Below, piece after piece: positions 26,178 to 32,000 of a stretch of 32,000 nucleotides of DNA. Both the position numbers and the translations under genes were made by a program. The notes under the pieces were generated by a model. It saw nothing but the letters and a program-made list of their open reading frames with translations. It had not been told where the DNA came from and ran no database searches. Every line of letters starts with the position of its first letter. The stretch's first letter is position 1. Source of the DNA: Methanococcus maripaludis. GTDB lineage: Archaea; AGJL01; Methanococci; Methanococcales; Methanococcaceae. Where the stretch lies: positions 150,001 through 182,000 of the forward strand of contig NZ_CP026606.1 in NCBI RefSeq assembly GCF_002945325.1, read 5' to 3'.

Positions 26178-27287
26178 TTACGTGTTAAATGTTTCAGAAT
26201 ACGATTCTATATGTTCAAAATTATCCCCGTAGAGAATAATTTGGAGTTGGGAATATTCATTTCTGGGGATGTTTAAAAATACGTCTGCATACCCCAAAGA
26301 ACCTTCTTCGTAATCATTTAATTCAAGAGTGGTCTGGTCCCATACATACTCAGGATCATTTAAATTTAATGCTGCTGCATATAATTTTGGATTTTTCGCA
26401 GTTCCTGTGCCAATATTTACAATATCTACATGTATATTATAGCATACATAATTTGAATCATAACTACATACCTCTGCATCCCACGATAGATCCATGTTTG
26501 GGATTTGGACCATCGGGTGAATCGTAGCAGGCTCGAATTCGTATTCTTTGGGAATTTCCCCAATTTTCCAGCCAGTTCCGGTAGTTTCTACATAGAAATA
26601 TTTTTTTTCATTATATTCATAGTACGTTCCCTGAACACTGTTATCACCGCTAACACCAACTGCCATGTGGCCAGGAAGCTCGATTAATACGACACCAAAT
26701 CCGAGTTCATGGAGTAATGCAGCAGTTAATATTGCGGTATCCTCGCAATCGCCCCCATTATCAATTAAAGTTTCTAAGGGATATCTTGGATATTCGTCAT
26801 AACCTGTCGTAACTTTATCTGAGGTATATTCCAAAGACTGTACAAATGCCAAGATAAATTCTACCATCTGGCTTTTTGAATATCCCCTCTGGTTTGAAAC
26901 TTCCTCAAATGAGTTAATCATTGATTTTAAACAGTGTCTATCGTAATCTGATAATGCGTACTGTTCGTAACCGCTGGCTCTTGGTTTACTTTTATAGTAT
27001 AGGTAAAGGTCTTCTGGGATAGATAACGACCAATCCCAGTTTAAACCACCGTACTCCCAGGAATATTCTTCATTAATATACATTAAATCATTGGCTAGGT
27101 CATAATTATAGTTCGTAGTTTCATTTTCAAAACAGTCCAAACTATAATTATAGTTTATAGTTTCTTTTTCTTCTCCTTCTTCAAAAATAGCTTCAGCGTT
27201 TTCTAGTGCAGTTTCTGAAAAATCAGCACATCCTGAAAAAGAAACTATCAAAAGTAAGGCCAAAACAGTGATTTTCAAATATTTCAT
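26178..27287 (-). CDS. Transglutaminase-like (Cys-His-Asp/Glu) superfamily protein with a lipoprotein-type signal peptide
   Basis: The signal MKYLKITVLALLLIVSFSGC is lipobox-like. The core NGGDCEDTAILTAALLHELGFGVVLIELPGHMAVGV...YVETTG matches the transglutaminase-like cysteine protease fold motif. Confidence 0.65.
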   Translation of the reverse strand: MKYLKITVLALLLIVSFSGCADFSETALENAEAIFEEGEEKETINYNYSLDCFENETTNYNYDLANDLMYINEEYSWEYGGLNWDWSLSIPEDLYLYYKSKPRASGYEQYALSDYDRHCLKSMINSFEEVSNQRGYSKSQMVEFILAFVQSLEYTSDKVTTGYDEYPRYPLETLIDNGGDCEDTAILTAALLHELGFGVVLIELPGHMAVGVSGDNSVQGTYYEYNEKKYFYVETTGTGWKIGEIPKEYEFEPATIHPMVQIPNMDLSWDAEVCSYDSNYVCYNIHVDIVNIGTGTAKNPKLYAAALNLNDPEYVWDQTTLELNDYEEGSLGYADVFLNIPRNEYSQLQIILYGDNFEHIESYSETFNT

Positions 27288-27620
27288 GCTTTCCCGAAAA
27301 ATCCATATTATAACAACTATTATGGGCGTGATTTCGTAATTTATAAAATTATTTTAAACCTAATTGATATTTTAGTAGCAGGTCTAAAAATAACTTTTTA
27401 AAGTTTAAATTTCGGAGTCATATATGTAAAAATAAAAAAATAAGTCCATTTTACTGAATAGGTGATTAAACTATTTTTAAGTTCAAATTAGGAGTTTAGC
27501 TCTTATATATTATGCCTAATCGACATTTTTAAATATATATGCCACATATTTTATGAAATATCAATTAAATTAAATATATCTGTACTTTAACATTAATAAT
27601 CTAATTCGGGGCGATTTTAA

Positions 27621-29768
27621 TTGAATTTTTTTAAAAAAGTTTTAGTAATTTTGTTACTAGTCGCATCAATTTCAGTAAATTTTTCAGAATCTGTAGACGA
27701 TGGAACGTATATTTATCACAATTTTACAAAAGCAGATGCAGAAGAAATTGGAGTGGATGAAAATACAACTGATTACGAAAAAAATGAAACTATTCAGACG
27801 TTTTCAGATTCATATAATGATATTTACGTAACGGGATGTTTTCTCCCAACTAAAGAAGAATTAATGTCAATGTCAGAACAAATTACGGTTGTTGAAGGAG
27901 TATCTGAATCTGCAAATCTATCAAATAATACTTATCTTGACCTTTCAAAAGACCCTTGCTTTCCAACTGTTGGAGATCAGGGCAAAATTGGTTCCTGTGC
28001 CTCATGGGCAATATTATATTATGCAAACTCATACCTGCAGGCAAAAATTCATAATTATGATTTAAAAGGAAATGATAGTTTAAAATGTTTTAACCCAATG
28101 TGGGCTTATAATAAGATAAATGATGGGAAAAATGAAGGTTCAGGACTTATTGGTAATCTAAACCTAATTTCAAGACTCGGTAGTGCAACATATGAAACCA
28201 TGCCTCCAACAAATAATTACACGATTTGGGGGAATGAAGAAGCATGGCTTGAAGCACCCCAGTACAGAATAACGGGTTATGAAATATCTTCAACAAATAA
28301 TACCGACGTTATGAAATCCTGGCTAAATGAAGGATCTGTAATTATTATTGCAATGCACGGCGAAGACATATTTACATTTGACAATAATTCAATACTTTCA
28401 GATTTTGATCAATCACACAATGTATCAAACCACGCGCAGGCGGTTATCGGGTATGATGACAGCATATCTGAAGACAACGAAACAGGTGCTTTTAAAGTCA
28501 TGAACTCGTGGGGTGCCAACTGGAGCCCAAATGGTGATGGAAGTTACTATATGACATATAAAGCAATGGCAAATTTGAATTATACAACATGTTATAGAAT
28601 AACGAGTGCAGTTTATAATGATTCAGATTCTCATCCAGAATTATTTGGAGTTTTAAGATTTGATCCTGAAAATAAAGGTACAAAAGATCAAAATATAACT
28701 TTGGGTATTGGAAACGAATCAAATATTTCTGGATTTGTAGATATATATGAAAGTATAAATCACAATGGCGGAAACGGTTCAATGCCTGATTTTATCGCAA
28801 TCGATTTAACCGACTGGAAATCTGAATTTGAAAACTCATTAAACACCACTGGAAAAGGAGATTACTTTGTTAATTTTTCAAATGGAACGGAAACTTCAAT
28901 AATTTCTGAATTTGGAATAATTAAATACCGCTCTTATCCAGATATCGAAGAAATAAATACATTAAATTCTTACAATTGCAATAAATCAGTAGTATTTAAG
29001 TTTTACAGTAAAACGGCCCCTGAAATTATTAATTCAAGCGTAAATGTTTTGGAAAACGAAGTTGTCGTTTCAATACATGCAGAAGACGTTGAAGATGACT
29101 TATGGGGCGTCAATGTATGTTTTGATGGATCAAATGAGTACTATTCATTAACTAGGGCAAATCAAACGTTTAATACATCATTTAATAAATCCATGTTTTC
29201 TTATGGGGAACACTACGCGATATTTGAAGCTTTTGATGGTTCAGGAAACACAAATAAAAGTGAAAAGGTATATTTTGAAATTTTGGCCCCAACTACTACT
29301 TCAAGAAACACGGGAAGTCACTACAGTTCTGATCTTTCTGAAGGAATAGATTCTGGAACTATTAAAAGAGCAGTTTCAAATTCAAATATTGTATATGGAA
29401 ATAATATTGATCAAGGATATGCAGAAGAATTAAGAGAAAATGTTCAAAATGGAAATAATTACGAACTTTCTAAAGATACAATAATTGTAGGCGGTCCAGA
29501 ATCAAACGGATTTGCTGACAAGTACGATTCAGAATTTGAAATATCCATTTCAAATGATAATCCTGGAGAAAATAGGGGAATTATTCAAATTCAAACTATC
29601 GAAGTAAGGGATGGAAATATCATTAAGCCATATCAAGTAATTTATATCGCAGGTTCTGAAAGGTTAGGAACACAAGCTGCTTTAGAATACTTTAAAACTT
29701 TAGAAAAACTTCCCGATATGCCCCTTACTGTTGAATGGACTGAAAATGGACCCGTAGTTGTTGAATAG
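27621..29768 (+). CDS. Secreted papain-like (C1 family) cysteine peptidase with middle domains and the shared C-terminal domain
   Basis: It has a signal peptide and a catalytic Cys context GDQGKIGSCASWA. The His context is SNHAQAVIGYDD and the Asn/Trp context is VMNSWGANWSPNGDGSYYMTY. The C-terminal 160 aa is homologous to that of the 24777-26027 product. The start is TTG. Confidence 0.7.
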   Translation: MNFFKKVLVILLLVASISVNFSESVDDGTYIYHNFTKADAEEIGVDENTTDYEKNETIQTFSDSYNDIYVTGCFLPTKEELMSMSEQITVVEGVSESANLSNNTYLDLSKDPCFPTVGDQGKIGSCASWAILYYANSYLQAKIHNYDLKGNDSLKCFNPMWAYNKINDGKNEGSGLIGNLNLISRLGSATYETMPPTNNYTIWGNEEAWLEAPQYRITGYEISSTNNTDVMKSWLNEGSVIIIAMHGEDIFTFDNNSILSDFDQSHNVSNHAQAVIGYDDSISEDNETGAFKVMNSWGANWSPNGDGSYYMTYKAMANLNYTTCYRITSAVYNDSDSHPELFGVLRFDPENKGTKDQNITLGIGNESNISGFVDIYESINHNGGNGSMPDFIAIDLTDWKSEFENSLNTTGKGDYFVNFSNGTETSIISEFGIIKYRSYPDIEEINTLNSYNCNKSVVFKFYSKTAPEIINSSVNVLENEVVVSIHAEDVEDDLWGVNVCFDGSNEYYSLTRANQTFNTSFNKSMFSYGEHYAIFEAFDGSGNTNKSEKVYFEILAPTTTSRNTGSHYSSDLSEGIDSGTIKRAVSNSNIVYGNNIDQGYAEELRENVQNGNNYELSKDTIIVGGPESNGFADKYDSEFEISISNDNPGENRGIIQIQTIEVRDGNIIKPYQVIYIAGSERLGTQAALEYFKTLEKLPDMPLTVEWTENGPVVVE

Positions 29769-29782
29769 TTAATTTATTTTTC

Positions 29783-29790
29783 TTTTTTTT
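29783..29790 (+). terminator. Oligo-T tract (T8) immediately after the peptidase gene
   Basis: TTTTTCTTTTTTTT lies 10-25 nt after the stop codon. Archaeal termination typically uses oligo-T. Confidence 0.35.
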
Positions 29791-29847
29791 AATATTTTGG
29801 AATTATATTTATACTTAAAAAACATATATTTCCCACGAGGAGATATA

Positions 29848-30360
29848 TTGCATAAAGAAATACCCATATCGATCCTGAAAGTCAGAGATTTTGAAGATTT
29901 TGATGAAAATAATCTTTTTGAAATGCCATTTAAAAGAAAAATCAGGATTTCAAATGTCAAAGTGTCCCAATCTGGAAAAGCATACTTTTTTATACGGACT
30001 GATGATTTTCAGGAATTTAAAATTTACACGGAAAATTTAAGCGAAAAAATTCAGTTTATACTTAAGAAGGCCGATGGATTTGTAACTGATGGATATGATG
30101 CATTACAATACGTGACTTTTGAAAATTTAAAAAATAAAAAACCTAAGAATAGTAAAAAATCGAAAAAAATACTGGTTAAAATGCCATTATGGCTTGCAAA
30201 CAATAATGAAATCCATTTTGGAGAAGTTATCGAAAAGTTTCGATATATTAATTTTGAATTCGTCGGAGAATCTAAAAAGGGTATCTGTGTGTATTCAAAA
30301 GAATTAAATAAAAAGTTATGGCTCCCAAAAAGCATTATCCAGTATGAAAATCAAGAATAA
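29848..30360 (+). CDS. Hypothetical protein with a Lys-rich central linker
   Basis: The tracked ORF is 29797-30360. TTG 29848 lies 6 nt after AGGAG, so I prefer it. I recognise no family. The central stretch is KNKKPKNSKKSKK. Confidence 0.4.
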   Translation: MHKEIPISILKVRDFEDFDENNLFEMPFKRKIRISNVKVSQSGKAYFFIRTDDFQEFKIYTENLSEKIQFILKKADGFVTDGYDALQYVTFENLKNKKPKNSKKSKKILVKMPLWLANNNEIHFGEVIEKFRYINFEFVGESKKGICVYSKELNKKLWLPKSIIQYENQE

Positions 30361-30446
30361 AATCGCTGGAATTATCCAAAACATTATTATATTTTCAGTG
30401 TCTTTTTTAGTAAATTAATTGTTATTTTAGGTATCTAGGTGAAATT

Positions 30447-31055
30447 TTGAATAAATCAAAAAAATTGGAAATTTTAAAAGCATTATTTTACACGTGCATG
30501 ATACTCGCAAACGTCATAGCTGTTAAAATCGGCAGTTTTTGGGGTTATGTTATGACTGTAGGAATTTTAACGTACCCAATCACGTATTTAATGACTGATA
30601 TAATAAGTGAATGCTGGTCAAAAGAGGAAGCAAGAAACACAGTCATTTTTGGATTTGTTTTAAGCATTATTTCTGTCATTGTTACCCAATCAGCAGTTTT
30701 GGTTCCAAATGCACCATTTTACGATGGTTCATCATTTGAAGCCGTGTTTAATTTTGTTCCAAGGGTAGTTTTAGCATCATTAATGGCATATTTTGTATCC
30801 CAAAACATTGACGTTTCGCTATTCCACAAAATTAAATCATATACTGGAAAAAAACATTTATGGATTAGAAACAATATCTCTACAATGGTAAGCCAGTTAT
30901 TTGATAGTTTTTTATTCATTTCAATTGCTTTTTACGGCATATTGCCAGTTGATGCGATAATAACAATGATTGGGGTGCAGTACGGATTTAAATTTATTAT
31001 AGCAATAATGGATACTCCGTTTATATACCTTGGAAGGCATTGGATTGAAAAATAA
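30447..31055 (+). CDS. YhhQ/DUF165 (VUT) family queuosine-precursor (preQ0) transporter
   Basis: It is a multi-TM protein with the family core LTYPITYLMTDIISECWSKEEARNTV. The start is TTG, 4 nt after AGGTGA. Confidence 0.7.
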   Translation: MNKSKKLEILKALFYTCMILANVIAVKIGSFWGYVMTVGILTYPITYLMTDIISECWSKEEARNTVIFGFVLSIISVIVTQSAVLVPNAPFYDGSSFEAVFNFVPRVVLASLMAYFVSQNIDVSLFHKIKSYTGKKHLWIRNNISTMVSQLFDSFLFISIAFYGILPVDAIITMIGVQYGFKFIIAIMDTPFIYLGRHWIEK

Positions 31056-31101
31056 AAAATAGTTAAATTTTAAGATTTATTTTAAGATTTAAGATTCTTA
31101 A

Positions 31102-31887
31102 TTATTTTTTAAACGTATTAGTTCTTGCCCCAGCAACTTGGTTCGCAATCCTTGCGGCAAATGCACCTGCAACAAATCCTGCATCGATATTTACAACAGA
31201 TACTACCGAACAGGACTGAAGCATTGATAAAAGTGCAGCTTCACCCTTTGCACCAGCACCGTAACCAGTAGATACTGGAAGACCGACAACTGGGACATCA
31301 ACAAGTGCAGAAACCACTGTTGGAAGAGTTCCTTCCCTTCCAGCAGCAACTACAATTGAATCAGGTTTTTTATTCTTTAGTATCTCCATTTCATTAACAA
31401 GCCTGTGAAGTCCCGCAACTCCAACATCATATATTGCAATTGTTTCACAGCCCATTTCTGAAGCGGTCATTTTCGCTTCTTCTGCTACATCAATATCTGC
31501 AGTACCTGCAGTAATTACTGCAACTACACCGCCAGTTTTTTTAATTGGCGTACCATTATGAACTACTGCTGTAGTTGAATGAATGCCCCATTCAATCTCA
31601 CCAGATTTAAAATTTGATTGCAGTGCAGTTCTATGGGTTTCACTAATACGTGTGATTAAAACACGACCACTGGCATCCCTTTGAGCTTTTGCAATTTTTA
31701 CTACGTCTTCAGGGGTTTTTCCTTCAGCAAGCAATGCTTCAATAATTCCTGTTCGATGTTTTCGAAAAGTATCTATTTTAGCAATATCGGTTACTGATAC
31801 GTATCCCATTGAACGAATAGCTGCTTCAGCAGTTTCAATATCTGTTTCACTGTTTTTTACGTTATTCAATATACTTTTGAGGTCCAT
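31102..31887 (-). CDS. larB: LarB (pyridinium-3,5-biscarboxylic acid mononucleotide synthase; PurE/AIR-carboxylase-like, nickel-pincer cofactor biosynthesis)
   Basis: It has a PurE-like core (VAVITAGTADIDVAEEA...VVAAGREGTLPTVVSALVDVPVVGLPVSTGYGAG...) with the N-terminal extension typical of LarB. An AGGTGA RBS is present. Confidence 0.75.
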   Translation of the reverse strand: MDLKSILNNVKNSETDIETAEAAIRSMGYVSVTDIAKIDTFRKHRTGIIEALLAEGKTPEDVVKIAKAQRDASGRVLITRISETHRTALQSNFKSGEIEWGIHSTTAVVHNGTPIKKTGGVVAVITAGTADIDVAEEAKMTASEMGCETIAIYDVGVAGLHRLVNEMEILKNKKPDSIVVAAGREGTLPTVVSALVDVPVVGLPVSTGYGAGAKGEAALLSMLQSCSVVSVVNIDAGFVAGAFAARIANQVAGARTNTFKK

Positions 31888-31898
31888 TTGGTACTCAC

Positions 31899-32000
31899 CT
31901 ACATTTTAAAAACACTCTTTACCATAGCCATTTTTTCATCATTATCAAGACCTTCAAATTCAGCTACAACTTTTTCGAGCATTTCAGGTATCTGGATATT
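31899..32000 (-). CDS. 3' end of an unidentified ORF (start outside the window)
   Basis: The minus strand reads ...NIQIPEMLEKVVAEFEGLDNDEKMAMVKSVFKM* with a TAG at 31899-31901, just upstream of larB. It is too short to assign. Confidence 0.3.
   Translation of the reverse strand, partial: NIQIPEMLEKVVAEFEGLDNDEKMAMVKSVFKM

Noticed and set aside
27100-27160. ATAATTATAG repeats inside the transglutaminase-like gene
   Set aside because: They are explained by the duplicated NYNY peptide motif (INYNYSLD / TNYNYDL) in the coding sequence, so they are not an independent DNA element.
1-32000. CRISPR arrays, tRNA/rRNA genes, transposases, integrases or terminal inverted repeats flanking the accessory blocks
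   Set aside because: No regularly spaced repeats longer than 12 bp are present. No GC-rich structured islands lie in the intergenic regions (all are strongly AT-rich). No ORF has recombinase or transposase motifs. The partial RNase H at the left edge looks like a cellular rnhA-type C-terminus rather than a retroelement.

Overview
AT-rich archaeal chromosome segment. Gene content, gene order and GGTGAT-type ribosome-binding sites point to a Methanococcus-like hydrogenotrophic methanogen (Methanococcales). Five blocks are visible. (1) 0.08-9.3 kb holds a corrinoid-dependent methyltransferase island. It has a B12-binding corrinoid protein, three URO-D/MtaA-family methyltransferase paralogs, a RACo-type 2Fe-2S/ASKHA reductive activase, a CobW/COG0523 GTPase, an MFS permease and an HgdB/BcrC-type Fe-S protein. 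This is the most unexpected content for this lineage and my top candidate for an uncharacterised system. (2) 9.3-11.1 kb is a very AT-rich islet with three tiny genes, including a winged-helix regulator with a palindromic operator-like site. (3) 11.1-22.2 kb is the cysteine-type ('selenium-free') energy cluster. fwdB-like, hdrA and vhcB-A-G-D lie on the minus strand, divergent from frcA-D-G-B on the plus strand, with a shared 358-bp regulatory region. (4) 22.3-29.8 kb holds a PC4/YdbC-like gene followed by a cluster of secreted, N-glycosylation-sequon-rich proteins. These are two beta-helix/NosD-like proteins, a transglutaminase-like lipoprotein and a papain-like C1 peptidase. Two of them share a ~160-aa C-terminal domain. 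(5) 29.8-32 kb holds a hypothetical protein, a YhhQ-type preQ0/queuosine-precursor transporter, LarB and a partial ORF. I saw no rRNA, tRNA, CRISPR array, transposase or integrase. All calls come from reading the translations and DNA by eye; no searches were run.
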